The notes beneath the pieces are model-generated. The model ran no database searches. It was given only the letters and a program-made list of their open reading frames with translations, and was not told where the DNA came from. Positions 1 to 12,986 of a stretch of 64,000 nucleotides of DNA are shown one piece after another. The translations under genes were made by a program, and so were the position numbers. The DNA lies in assembly GCA_964247055.1 (NCBI GenBank), contig OZ176059.1, forward strand, positions 806,001 through 870,000, read 5' to 3'. This DNA comes from Paragordius varius (taxonomy: Eukaryota; Animalia; Nematomorpha). How positions within the stretch are numbered: position 1 is the first letter of the stretch; each line of letters opens with the position of its first letter.

Positions 1-257
1 TACTAATAAATAAATTTGGATTAATAGTAAAAAATTAATTGCCCACATAGCATAAGCTAACTCTCATATGGACTTGTTAAATTTAGGCAAAATTTTAAAT
101 TTCACCTGTGTATAAATATATGCCAAAAAACTTTAAAACATTCCAAATAAAAATAACGATAACTTGTAATCGATTATATGTACTTTAAGGTAAATTATAA
201 TAAAAAATACAAAAAATCTAAAAAATTACTATAAGAAATTTTTTAAGCGATAGATAC

Positions 258-383
258 CTGATTATTTTCTGCATTATTAACAGAGACATTGAAGCACTCA
301 TTTGCATCCATCCCTAAAACTTGTGCCATGGTAACATTATTAGTTTTGCTCAATAATTTCGTGTGATATCCATTCCCATTCAT
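258..383 (-). CDS. Probable first coding exon of an unidentified gene running off the left edge, divergent from LRRC59
   Basis: ATG at 383, 42 open codons (MNGNGYHTKLLSKTNNVTMAQVLGMDANECFNVSVNNAENNQ), then a GTATCT donor at 257. A candidate acceptor (tacacag|GTG) lies at 106. Confidence 0.5.
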
Positions 384-509
384 GATTTTAATAGATGATC
401 TTTTTAAATTGGATGTACAACAAAATTATCAATGGGATATCATATGACTCACAATCAAAAAGGGGTCGTATGTGCATAAAATATTTAACTCACATGTTTT
501 TGCTGTGCG

Positions 510-3500
510 ATGAGCAATAGTTCAAATTCACCAAGAGTTGTGCTTGAGGGCAATAAGATTGATTTAAGCTTGGCAAATCTAAAAGCTATACCCGTTAAAG
601 CCATAGTAAATTTTAAAATAATATATATTTATTTTTAGCAAGCCTTACCAAAAGGAACGGAATTAGATTTGTCATGTAATCAAATATCATCTATTGGGGT
701 AAAAAAATTTGTTTAATGTTTTGTTTTGATAGAATGAAATTGGTTCACTTGTACAACTAGTTAAATTGGATTTGAGCAAAAATTGTATCAAAGAATTACC
801 CGATTCGTTTGGCAATTTGATTAGATTACAGCATTTGGATTTAAGTGAAAATCAGATAACGGAATTACCGCTATCATTTAGCCAGCTTACCAATCTAAGA
901 TTCTTAGATTTAAAGGGAAACCCGCTTAGTGACAAACTTAGACCAGCAGCAGGTTTTTGTTTGGACGTTAATGAATGCTACAGTTGTGCAAGAAAGGTTA
1001 TTATTTAATGTTGACAGTCTGTTGTCTCTCCTCTTATTGAATTTATCTTAAACAGAGCATAACTATTTAGTTTAGGTTTTGAATATAATGCACACCTTTT
1101 GATTTTTAATAAGATCTTATTTTCTAAGATCAAATTATTGTAAAAATTGCATACGTTTTCGTTAGGTTTTAACAATCATTTTGAGCCAAAGACAATTTTA
1201 TTATATTCTTTTTTGTGCATTTTAATAATTAACACTTTATCATATATAAAAGGCAGCAAATTAATTTAAACAAAAAGTTTAATATTGGAGATAATGAGCA
1301 ATGTAATTAAACAATTGAGAGGACCGCTAAAAATAATTCTGTTTTTTCTATTAACACTTGGATACAATAGATTCATTTCAGTCCTTCAATTCGAATAGGG
1401 ATAGTCAAATAGCCCAGGTGATGTAAATTAAATATTTTAAAAAATATGAAAAAATTGAAACCATGGCAAAAGTTTGCACTTATATAACATTAATGAACTG
1501 AAATATAAAAAATAATTTATTTAAAAATACTTGATATTGCTTATTTAAAGGTAAAACCCAAAGGTGATGATTTAGCAAAGATCACGGGTGTGCACAAGCT
1601 CAATATAAAAATAATGCAAAATATACCATTTTTCTTTTTATAACAATGTTAAAATCTGATTTTAATAAAAAAGTAAACTAAATTTTAGGCTTAGAATCAA
1701 TAAACACGATATTTTTCAAAAATATTGTAAAATAAAAATGGCGTCACTAAGTTTAATTTTAGAAGGTTTGGCTTATTTATATAATTTTTATTAGGATAGA
1801 AGCATAAATTTAAATTGGAACGGCTTTAGTAGTTTTTCAAAAATATCTATATTGTTTTAGGTATTTAGATACCCAATTTGCATCCAAGTGTTAATGTGAC
1901 ATAAATATTTTTGAAAATTAATTTAACCACAATTACAATGAAAGTTGAAATTACACGGACAAATATGTTAAAATATAAAGACAAATATTTTCTAAAAGAC
2001 AATCCCATACTTTTTATTTTTCAAATTATAAATTGGTGTTTAAAATTTTAAAATATGAAATAAAGAGATGTATATATCGGTAACACAATTAATTACATAT
2101 TTTACAATTGTTAAATAATTTATATGGTATTAAATTTCCAAAAAGTATGGTTGTTTTTTGGGAAAAAAAACATTTGTCTTTATATTTTTACGTTTTGTCC
2201 GTATTTTCTCTTTTTACTATATTTTATCAAATGTTTTGGGTAATTTAAACTTGTTACCATTGATTTTATGCTGGTAAATATTTTGTATGCATCTAAACTA
2301 AATAAATGAAATGAAGAATATTGAAAACACTATGCTAAATTTTTGGAAAATAATATTGGCATATTAAAGCCAAACTTTATATCATTTATTTAAATTTACT
2401 CTTGAACAATTCAAATTCACCCTCGAACAATTCAAAATCACTCTCGAAAAAATTCAAATTCACCCATGAACAATTCAACAACCCTTGAACAATTTATCAA
2501 TTTAAAATAAATTATGTTTTAAAATGTAAAAAATTCTATTTAAAAAAAATGAAATTTTGTTTTAAATTGATACAATACTGGAAAAATGATATTTTATTTT
2601 TAGGGTGAATTTGAATCGTTTAAGGGTGAATTTGAATCGTAAATGGTATATATAATCTTTAATAAGGTATCTCAAAGTTAATTGTTATCCAAAATTGGTT
2701 TTATATTTAAGTGCTATCCATAATAGGATTTTTAACTTTTACTTATTTAATATAACATAATTATATTATAAAAAGATATTTTATCGTCTAAGTATCGCTA
2801 TAAAACCTTATTTTTATTTCGTGTAACAAGAAAAATATAATTTTTTGTTCTTTAATACTTTTTATTTGGATTCGTTTAAAATATAACATATATATATATA
2901 TTTCTATGTATATTTTTTTTGAAATATTTTGCATACAAAATTATATTACATTCCGGTGTAAAAACATTTATTTTAATTTTTTTTGTTTCGAAACACAATA
3001 AAGGTAGTGGCTCATTACAAAAATATCAAGGCTGCACAAGACAAAATACGTATGAAAGAGGAACAAAAGCGTATAGGTAATAAGCAAATATTTTTGATTT
3101 AATGTTACTTTTAATCTAAAAAAAATAAAATTTAATTTTTTGTTAAATTATAAATACTAATTTAATTAACATATAGTTTTCATTTTAATTAACACTTCAT
3201 TACCTTTTTACTTTTTGGGGTAATTTTATACCCTAGAGCTCAGTTATGTAATGTACTGCAGTTTTTTGAAAGTTATTTTAGTTAAAATTTAATTATCAAA
3301 CGTTGTTGCCATGTAGTATATAAAATTTATGTTTTTTACTGGTTTGTGACACTTTTGGAGTCTAAAATTTGAGACATTTCTAAAACACGATTTAAACGAA
3401 CAGCTTATATTAAAGTTAAACTATATCAAGTTTTTCTGGTAAAATGTAGCCTAAAAGCTTCTTAAAGTTAATTGTTTACATTTACTAACCATAATATACA

Positions 3501-4456
3501 TTTATTTGCCAATTTAATTAGTGATTTAAAAAAAATTATAGAAAAAAAATGACCGCAGTATGAGATGAAGATTTTTTACAATTTTACACCTTTTTATAAA
3601 AAAAGAAATTTGTATAAGCGCCTAAAAAGCTAAAGGAAGCATATATTTAAGTTCAGCTTAAAACCTTAATTACTTTTTAAGATAAATCTAATTTCAAATC
3701 GCACTGGGATACAAAAATCTAATCTACCCCAAAAGGGTAATGGAGTGTTAATATAATGCAATTTAGATTGGCCTAAAAATATTTGCAATAAATACCATTT
3801 GCAGTTCAAATTCACCCCTAAACCATTTATCCTTAAACAATTCATATTCACCCTAAAATAAATTATGTGTTTTTTAAGAGAAAAAATTACCTTTATTTAT
3901 TTATATTTTTAAAAAATGCAATTTCGTTTAAAATTAATATAATACTAAAAAATAATAAAACATAAGAATATATTTAATATTAATGAGGAGTTAGATTAGC
4001 CCGAAAACATAATTTATCTTTGGAATAAATTTTAATTGTTCAAGGTTGAATTTTAATTGTAAATGTTATATATTTAGCGCATATTATGACTATTGATTTA
4101 ACAAATATCATTATTGCCGATAAGATTAGTAGAGGTTTATAAATAAGGTGTTTATCATATATTTTTTCTCCTAACTTTTTTTCAGAGATGTATATAGTAA
4201 TCTTTCCTTTTATTATTTAATTAATTGAATTCGTGTAAATTTTCTTAAAGACTAATTTATTTGGGGGCGGCCTTTTCAAACGGAAACTTACTTTATATTT
4301 TATACCTTTTTGATAAAATTAATGAATGTGGTATCAGATTAAAAAATTATATAAAAGTGTATATCTCCGTTATTACACTTGTTATTGTAATTCCATTTTT
4401 AACTCTTTTTTATTAAGTTATAATTTTATAATCCACACATAATTATGAAACAGCAA

Positions 4457-4501
<45 letters not shown>

Positions 4502-6697
4502 GCTAAATATAAGTATTAAAATATTTTTTTATATCATCGTAAAACCTTAAAATATTTACCATTCTTAAGCAAAGCAGTCCGCACAAAAAATTATTGTAGG
4601 TCGTCTGTATTTAACATCACCGATCCTATATATATATATATGCTTAAAATCATTACAAAAACATATTATAGATCCTATTTTTGCCCATTTTTTTTTACTA
4701 AAAGTACAACACTTTATATAATAATTTTCTAGTTATAATTTTTTTTCTTTTATATACCTTTTGAGAAAATTTAATATATATATATATATATATATATGTT
4801 ATACAAATAAAAGAGGAATTACGTAAACAGCGGGCCGAAGAGTTAAGAGCCGAGGAAGCCCTTAAACGCAACAAAAAGCTGGAGAAAGAAAAACGGCGCT
4901 TGGAACATGAACAACAACGCCTACAAGAAAATTTGCAAAAATATGGTGGGGGGAATGCTGATGGCCAGGACCCCCTTTTAACAAGTTTTAACTTAAAATA
5001 CTAAAATGTCTATTAAAGTTACCAGGGGTCTCCTACACTCATAGTTTCGTGGGCTATATTTTTGCATCAAAAAATCTGGCGGGTCGCATCTGGAAAATAT
5101 ATGGATATGTTTATACAAATATTTTATAAGATCTTAAACTAAAGACTGTAAAAACAACTATTTATTTCAACAGTTTTTTACTAGTTAATTGCCGCCAAAA
5201 TTACGGAAAGATTTGTCCAGAAAGTTTTTTTGAGAAAATAATGTTCTCTTAGTTTTCGTTTAAATTTGTGCTTAAAATTTGCACCGCGTGTTGATTTAAA
5301 CCATAAGTGGCGTAAAATATGTAAAACATTGTATATATATATATATATATAGTAATGTGATTGATTAAATATGGGAGGTTCAAGGGGGGTACCCATAACT
5401 CACTCCATATTTTACAGCTTTATATGTAATAATCATTTTGGTTATATATAAATACGGGATCTGAAAAGTTTTATTACATATTTCCACCTTAAAATTAACC
5501 TTTTGAATTTTAATGATTGAACGAAAAAGATACAGTTTAATTGATGAATTCAGTCCAATAATTTTATTAATCAAAGTATCACTAATTAGTTGGTCTATGA
5601 GATGTAATTGTTGTTTAACTACTTGAATATTTTTATTATTTAAATATATGGATTTTTTTATCATTTTTCGGATTGAGCATAGAATCAAATTATTATTGTA
5701 TTAAAAATTATGGTTTCTATGGTTTTTCCCCCCTATCAACGAATGTTTAATAAGAATATATATATTCAATCTTATATATTGAAAATATTGTTTAATAAAA
5801 AATTATTATTTTTAGATTTGTTAAATAAGAAGGCAACGCAGTCAGTAGGATCCCATTCCAAACCCTTTAGTATGAATAAAAATTATATAGATAAAGACAA
5901 AATGAAAAAAACTAAAAGACAAAAATTTTTTTAAAAATATTCAGAGCCATTCTTATGTGTATTTAATAGTTGCAAAATAATATGGAATAGAGATGAAAAT
6001 TATTAAAACTTGACAACCATACATGTCACCATTAAAATTTATTACGAAAAAATCAAGATAAAAAATATTTGTCCTTTAATTCTTTTGTTTTGTCTCTATA
6101 ATTTATATACCTAGAATGTTAATCTTCTTATCAATAATATGCGACTGAATTTTAAATATATCATTTTAATCAGGGGTGTTTAAGACAAATCGGGCCGCAT
6201 AATATATATATATATATATATATCTATATATATAGATATATATATATTGGCATTCATAAATAAATAAATTAGATTTTCAAAGTGTAATATTGTAAAATGC
6301 CAACATAATATAGTAATTTTTACTAGTTTCTGTTAATTGGGTAGACCTATTTAGAAAAAAAAATGTTTTGTTTATGAATCAATTTAATCAAATTTTGTGT
6401 GTATTATTTTGCATATTATGGATTTCCGAATTTTTGGCGGGCCCCACATAACGTCTAGGAGGGTTAGTCGTATGTTCAATACTAAATTATTTTAAATACA
6501 TCCTTTATCCTTATCTATCATCATTCATTACAAAATAATCGTTTAAATGTATTGACATATACTATTATTTTATTGTAGAATTTTCACCCAAAACTCTGTT
6601 ACTCCTTATATTTGCTGGTCTGTTTATAGCTGTGATGTTTTACTTTTTAGCCATTGTTGGGGTGGGACCCACGTCTTTCATGAAATCAGATTTATAA
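510..6697 (+). CDS. LRRC59: Leucine-rich repeat-containing protein 59-like (LRRs, coiled coil, C-terminal TM helix), 278 aa
   Basis: GT-AG exons 510-605, 639-698, 733-996, 3004-3076, 4814-4984, 5816-5869 and 6579-6697 splice in frame (837 nt). LRRs such as LDLSKNCIKELPDSFGNLIRLQHLDLSENQI are followed by LKGNPL..AAGFCLDVNECYSCARKVV, which matches the LRRC59 AGDCLDEKQCKQCANKV cap. An E/K/R-rich coiled coil and the TM segment LLLLIFAGLFIAVMFYFLAIV follow. Confidence 0.88.
1351..1894 (+). mobile_element. TTAA-flanked MITE (piggyBac-like), complete copy in LRRC59 intron 3
   Basis: Begins TTAA-CACTTGGAT and ends ATCCAAGTG-TTAA. No ORF. Homologous copies occur elsewhere in the window. Confidence 0.75.
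1936..2219. mobile_element. Tc1/mariner-type MITE family A
   Basis: Inverted arms of about 80 bp (..GAAATTACACGGACAAA..AAAGACAA..CCATACTTTT and its reverse complement). The family consensus is TA|CAGT...ACTG|TA. Confidence 0.7.
2400..2646. mobile_element. TA|CCATTT-family MITE with ~21-bp subterminal repeats
   Basis: Tandem CTTGAACAATTCAAATTCACC-like units at 2400-2490 and inverted GGGTGAATTTGAA units ending AAATGG|TA at 2646. Confidence 0.6.
3795..4066. mobile_element. TA|CCATTT-family MITE
   Basis: Starts TA|CCATTTGCAGTTCAAATTCACCC; degenerate inverted end near 4066. Confidence 0.55.
4459..4498. repeat. (TA)n microsatellite
   Basis: About 20 TA units. Similar tracts lie near 11650, 61435 and 62770. 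Confidence 0.9.
6171..6482 (+). mobile_element. hAT (Buster/Charlie-like) MITE remnant
   Basis: CAGGGGTGTT..CGGGCCGCAT 5' end and a degenerate GGCGGGCCCCACATAACG 3' block. A similar 5' end (CAGGGGTCTCC) lies at 5023. Confidence 0.45.
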
Positions 6698-8889
6698 AGC
6701 ATTACAATAGAAATAATAATAATAATCGATGATGTTGAATTTTTTTGTTCGCACACATATATATATATATATATATACCTATATCATGTAAATTATTTTC
6801 TTTGTCACAATATTATGTATTACATGCACTTGTTGAAATTATTTTATTTTATTTTTTCATGTTTAATGTGACAAAAGTCCATCCGGTTCTGGTGTTAATG
6901 ATTGATATTTGATGTCAGAATATAATATTACAAAGAAATGTGTATAAATATGCAATATATATATGTTAAGTATGGGTATATGATCGATATATTAAATATA
7001 TTTTTTGTATAGATAAATACCTTTGTTTTATAGAGTTTTCGTAATGAAAAGTTAACACTGTATTTATTGGTTTTGGCATAAAAGCGTCTAGTTTTACCAA
7101 TCTACCTTACATCTGGAAAGTTTTTGACATAAAATTTTTTTATACTTTCTGAGCCCTATCAAGCGATTAAGTCGACGATAAGTATTTAGAATATATATAA
7201 AATTCATACACAGTTTCCATACAAATCAAGGTTTTTTTTTCAATATTATGTTATGGTGAACGCCTTTATCACGTTATATTTAGGGATGTATCCGTCTTCA
7301 ATTTCGGTTAATGTAAAATGTTTTTTTTATAAATTTGGGGAAACAGATGTGTTAATCAAAATTTTGAGATGATAGAAATAGCGTCTTTGACTTATTTAAA
7401 AAGGTTTTTATAACGTTTCCACAATGCTTCAAAACACCATTATTTTTTGCTTATGTCATAATATAGTATCAAATTAAATATCACAAAATTTCGGCATTTT
7501 TGAGTTTTATAGTTTATTTTCGATGTGATTAAAAGTTTGACGCTTTCCATGCTTATATATAAGCATTAAAATATTATAAAAATATTATTTTGCTTTTTTT
7601 TAGTATACGTCTTATTTTAACAATATTCCTTTTGAATGCATTACACTAGACAACAAATTACTTTTTTTAACTGCCATTCTTGTAAACTTAAAATTTATTT
7701 CATTAAAGTACCCAATTAGTATATCTAACAAAAAAGAAAATTGGTCTACCATGCAAGAATTTTTTAATATTAAAGTTTATCGATAATTTTTGGCCCCGAT
7801 TTAACATTAAACTCGAAATTTCGAAAATTAAAGGTTTTAGATATGAAGCCATGTATTTTATATCATTCGAAAGAGCGCAAAAAACTGCATCTTTTAAATG
7901 GTAGTAAGTCATTTAAATCAATCGGATATAAAAGTTATTTGGATTTAAATGGTCAAAATTTTCAATCCTTAAATAAGTCAAAAATTTTCACAGACAAACT
8001 AATTTGAAAATCATATAAATTATTTTAATATAATTATTGGGGTTATATTAGTATTTAAATTAAAAAAAATGTTTGGAAAAGCTTTTGGTTTGCTTTTTTA
8101 ATAAAAATTATTATTATCATAATTATTTTACCTAGTGGATACTAAAATGCATAGTTATAACTGTAAATTTATTACATAATGGCTATAAAAGATCAAAAAT
8201 ACCTTAAACTTGTTTTTATTTTCAAAATTTGGAAATTTCAGCCTCGTAAGAAAATAAATTAATATTGATGAGATGGGAATTTTTAAAAAACAAAAAACTT
8301 AAAAATGGCTGTTTTGAATGACATAAAAGGAATAAAAAATGTTTTAATCAAAAAACTTTCTTGTGTTATTTTTTTTGGACATTCACCATCTAAACAAAGT
8401 TTGAGCTATTTTCATCCATTAGTTTTAAATATAATAATTAAAAAAAATGCTCTCGCTTCGCGCGTTTGTCGCTCTTGGTGTCCAATATTAACTGTCGATG
8501 TAATACATATTAGTATGCATTTTATAGAGTTTTTATTACTCTTTTAAATGATATACTACAAATGGGCATAACTTGTATATTTTCAAAGAAAAACATTTTT
8601 TAGTAATATTTTGATAAAGAGGGCGCATAATCAAAAAAAAATCAAGTTATACAAATTTCTTCCATCGAGTTATAATTTTTATTTCAGATTTACTGTTAAA
8701 ATGATACTAAATATCAGAAAATGAAAAAAACTTGAGTGACAGAAATATATGTTGTCCAGTGTTATATTTCCATTAAAAAATTTTAGGAAGATGTTCGCGA
8801 TGCGAATTTCCTATATGGAGCAGAAACGATAAAAGTGCAGATATTTTTGTTGATTCCTAGAAAATCCCGATGCTTTTTTCTAATAAATA

Positions 8890-10452
8890 CATATTTCATT
8901 AACAATTCGATTTAAATTGGGACTGCTCCAACACCACCATATATAAATAAATGAAAAACTACCGAAAGGGACGCTTCCAATTAAATTTATGCTTCTATTC
9001 TAATGAAAATAATATAAATAATCCAAAATATCTATATCAGGGGTAGCCAAGCGGTAGACCGCGGTCGATTTCGTGCCTGCCTGGAATTTATATAAAATAA
9101 AAAAAAATATTTTGCGGAATTTTTTTATACAAAGTTTTTATCTTCTTTAATTTATTTTTGATTTGCAATGTGCTTTTCTGAAATATGACATTAAAAAGCT
9201 AGATTAATAAGCGATTTTAGATCCTTTAATTGTGGATATGAATGATTTTTCCTCTGTAGTAGATATATTTATAGAAATTGTTATAATCTTTATAAAAAGG
9301 CAGCACGACTTAACCATCTTAATCTGTAAATTGCGACACGATACTTTTTTCGATTTGATGGAATTTACTATCTTGAAGCATATGTCCATTATTTAAAACC
9401 TGGCACGTAGTAATCTGGTAAATTATAAAGATTTATGACAAGAGTAAAAACATTTTTTATTTGAATCATCTTAACTCCGTCGCAAGATGTACATATAATT
9501 ATCCATTTAAAATTTAATAAATTGAATAATGTGAAGGTTTTAGTATGTGTTCTGATTGTGGCAAACATAGGTATGAATCATCACAATAGTATTATGATAA
9601 AGTTATCTATATAAAAAAGACTATTCAAAAATAATTATTTTTGTAATATTTATTTTAAAATGGCCTACGCTAGTCACCCCAATCCCTAAATAGAGATATA
9701 AATATTTGTGTTAAAGTGATAAATGAATTTTTCATTACCTAATATTCGTGGCCCGCGTGAAATTTTTTCCGAAAAAAGTAGCCTGCGGGAGAAAGGTTCC
9801 CCTGATCTATAAAAAGTATAAATTTAAAATAAAAAGTTTCGTATCAAACTACTTCAACGCCATTTTTATTTTCCAATATTTTTGCAAAATATCTTGTTTT
9901 TAATTTTAACGCTAAATTTATTGCTTTTTTTTACACCTTATGAACATTTTCTCTTTTGTATGCGGCGACATATTGGGGTAGCTTTCTACCCCATCGCTTA
10001 AAGTAGTAAGGACACTGTTTTAAATGTTATTTTGGTTTAGATTTATTATTAAACATTGTGCCTGCATCAAAAAAACATTTTTTATAGTTTTCTAACTAAT
10101 GGATATAAAAATTTTCGAAATGAGGGATATTTTCGGTTTTTAAATATACCTTTTAGTATGTCCAAAAGGCTAAAGAAAGCATACTCCTACATTGCGCCCA
10201 TATTGAAAATATTGAATATTTTAATTTTAAATGGTTCTGGGGTAGGCTATCAATTAGGAAAAGTTGTTTATTTTGCATTATTTTTAAATTAATGCGCACA
10301 TGTGATAGAGACTAAATTATTGCCTATGGAAACTTTCACAATGGTTTCATTTTATTTCATATTTTAAAAATTTGATTTTAAACAGGCCTGGTGTCAGTAG
10401 TATCCCAATTTGAATCGTAGAATAGAAATGATGTAGTTATATCTAAGTGTTT
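8890..10452 (-). mobile_element. TTAA-family MITE copy interrupted by insertions
   Basis: Segments 8890-9037 and 9805-10452 are reverse-complement homologous to 1351-1894. Confidence 0.6.
9038..9804 (+). mobile_element. hAT-type non-autonomous element nested in the TTAA MITE
   Basis: Termini CAGGGGTAGCC...GGTTCCCCTG; 8-bp flanks ATCTATAT / ATCTATAA (7/8 TSD match). Confidence 0.75.
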
Positions 10453-11645
10453 AAGTATTTAAACTAAGCATGTACTGTTCATATTAAAATTCAATAGGTT
10501 ATGAAATACAAAAGCAAAATAATTTTAATTTTTATCAAAAATATTGAATTCTACATTAAAATAAATTAATGTAATAAAAATGTGGTATAGTAACAGTGGT
10601 ACTTAAATTGCACGGTCCTTATGCCCCCAAATTTTAAATACGGGAATGACATTTCAATTGGCAAAAAACACATGAATATTTTACGATTACGATGATTTTA
10701 TAAAATAACCATAACATGGCGATATAAAATAATTTTTAAATTATTAGCACCATGGATACCAGCAAATTTAACCTTAATACTTTCGTTCTGATTGATAATT
10801 TTCAATCATTTTATTTAACAAAATTCATGGCTAAGAGTGCGTCATTTTTGATAGAGTAAACAGCGGTCCTATCTAAATGTATATTAATTATCAATATATG
10901 TGGCACAAATATAGGTTATGTATAAAATAATAAAGAGAGAGGACAAGTTGATAATTATTAGCTAATATAAGAGCTGTTTTGTTCAAATAACTTATTATAA
11001 AAGGGTCTTAAATATTAATTAATTTTCTATTGATATTAAACTAATACAACCATTTTTTAAAAAAGTATCACAGTATATCCTTTTTTGATAATGTATATAA
11101 AATAAATCACTATTCTTCGGTTATAAATAAGGTTAAAAAAGTATTATGTTTTAACACAGGTTAGGGTTAGGTCTAGCCGGTTATAGCCTTCTGACCCTGA
11201 CAGCATAATAAAACTAGCCTAATATTTTAAACAAGATTACATATTCTTTTTTTGGCTAAATACATATAATATATTATATTTTAAAAATGATTTAAGATCT
11301 AAAATTAATGAGATTAACCCCCCAATTTAAAACCTTGAATTATGCAAATAATAGTAAACAGTCAATATAATATCTTTAATCAACAACTACACGATAGCAA
11401 TATTGTCGGGTTTTGTGATAAAATTTGATTATTTTAAAGGACACTTTCTTGATGCTATTTATTTAAACAAAAATTTAAGATAAAAAATATAGAAAGTTGA
11501 GATTAAGGGTATTAAAATAGACGGCCCGCTGACCTTGATTTTAACTTTGTCTATATATATATGTTTTGTTGCATCACAATAGTATATATGCATAGAGAAA
11601 GGGGAGAAGGAGAACTAACTAAAAAAAATTATTTAAATATTGACC

Positions 11646-11686
<41 letters not shown>

Positions 11687-12986
11687 CCATGTATCATTTT
11701 AATATTTTATAGAAAAATTTCATTATATCTCTGTATAATTCCACAATTCCATTTAAAAAAAGGTAATTTATTGTAAAAAAATGACCCATATGCAGTTATA
11801 AAATGTACAACAACACAATACTTTTAATATTAATTTTATTTAAAGTATGAGTGAGTATACATTGCTAGAAAGTTATTAATTATTGCCAAATAGCATATAC
11901 AACAAAGGGCAGTATTATTAGCTTTTAGTTATTTTTTCACTTTTTACTATTATTAGCCATTACTTTTTGGGAATAATTAATAACTTTCTAGCAATTTTTA
12001 CTTATAACTGTACTTAAATCAAAAAGTTGGTTTTATAAGCAATATCGCCCAAAGTTCTTTCTATGGTTTTTTTTCCTTTTTCACACTTTTTACACATATA
12101 TTCATACATTTTGTATTTTGGCAAAATAACAACTTATGATTCAATGTCTATGCGCATATATAAGTTTGGGTAAATTTAAAATGTTTAAGCGTGAAAATAA
12201 AATGTTTAAGATTTGAAATAAAGGCAAATGAAATGTAAAAGGCAATTTACAGTTAAAATGAAAATTATACGGATACAAAGTAAAAAATATATTTTTCTTA
12301 AAGACAACCATACTTTTTAAATTTGCTATTTTATATATAGCATTTTTAATATTGTTAAGTATAAGTTAGACATATATTTTACTATTATAATTAAAAAAAT
12401 TTGGGAAAAATTTAAAATTTGGTTATCCTTAAAAAATTTCATATTTTTATGTCATATTTTTTTTAGTGTAAAAGAAAATGCTATCTATACCTTAACTAAA
12501 TCTAAAACAATCAGATATATATCAGTATATGTCGTTTGCGCTGTTTCGTATTAAATTAATAGTAAACATTTTAAAATATGTTATAATGCAATATTTTATT
12601 GCAATTTATTATAGTTTCTCAAAAATAACTTTTATAATTTTTTGTTCGGTGTCCTGTGTTTTTCAAAAAATATAAACTGTAAAAAATGAGCGTGTTCTTA
12701 TATATGAAATCACACTTAACAATCAATATTTGTTAATATATGAATTAGTTGACTATATATTTAATCTTATGGGGGTGTTGAAAAATTCACACAAAAACTC
12801 TCTAGATGGTATACTTAAGTTGATGGTAAACATCAATTTCAATGAAAACTAAAAAGGTAAAATAACATTTTTTGGAATATATTTTGTATATTATTATATA
12901 AATTATTATTTCTTTTTAATATTTTATTACTGAAAACTTATTATGAGTAATTAAAATATAATATTTTATAGTCCGACCGTGTAACC

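Noticed and set aside
7050-7910. Possible transposase or integrase relic
   Set aside because: Slightly coding-like on the minus strand, but I could not identify any diagnostic motif.
3666-12320. Numerous 60-100-aa ORFs rich in K/I/F/N in introns and intergenic DNA (also at 24121, 28094, 38277, 42000, 49123, 53733, 59602)
   Set aside because: They have the composition expected from random AT-rich or MITE sequence, with no splice-compatible framing or domains.
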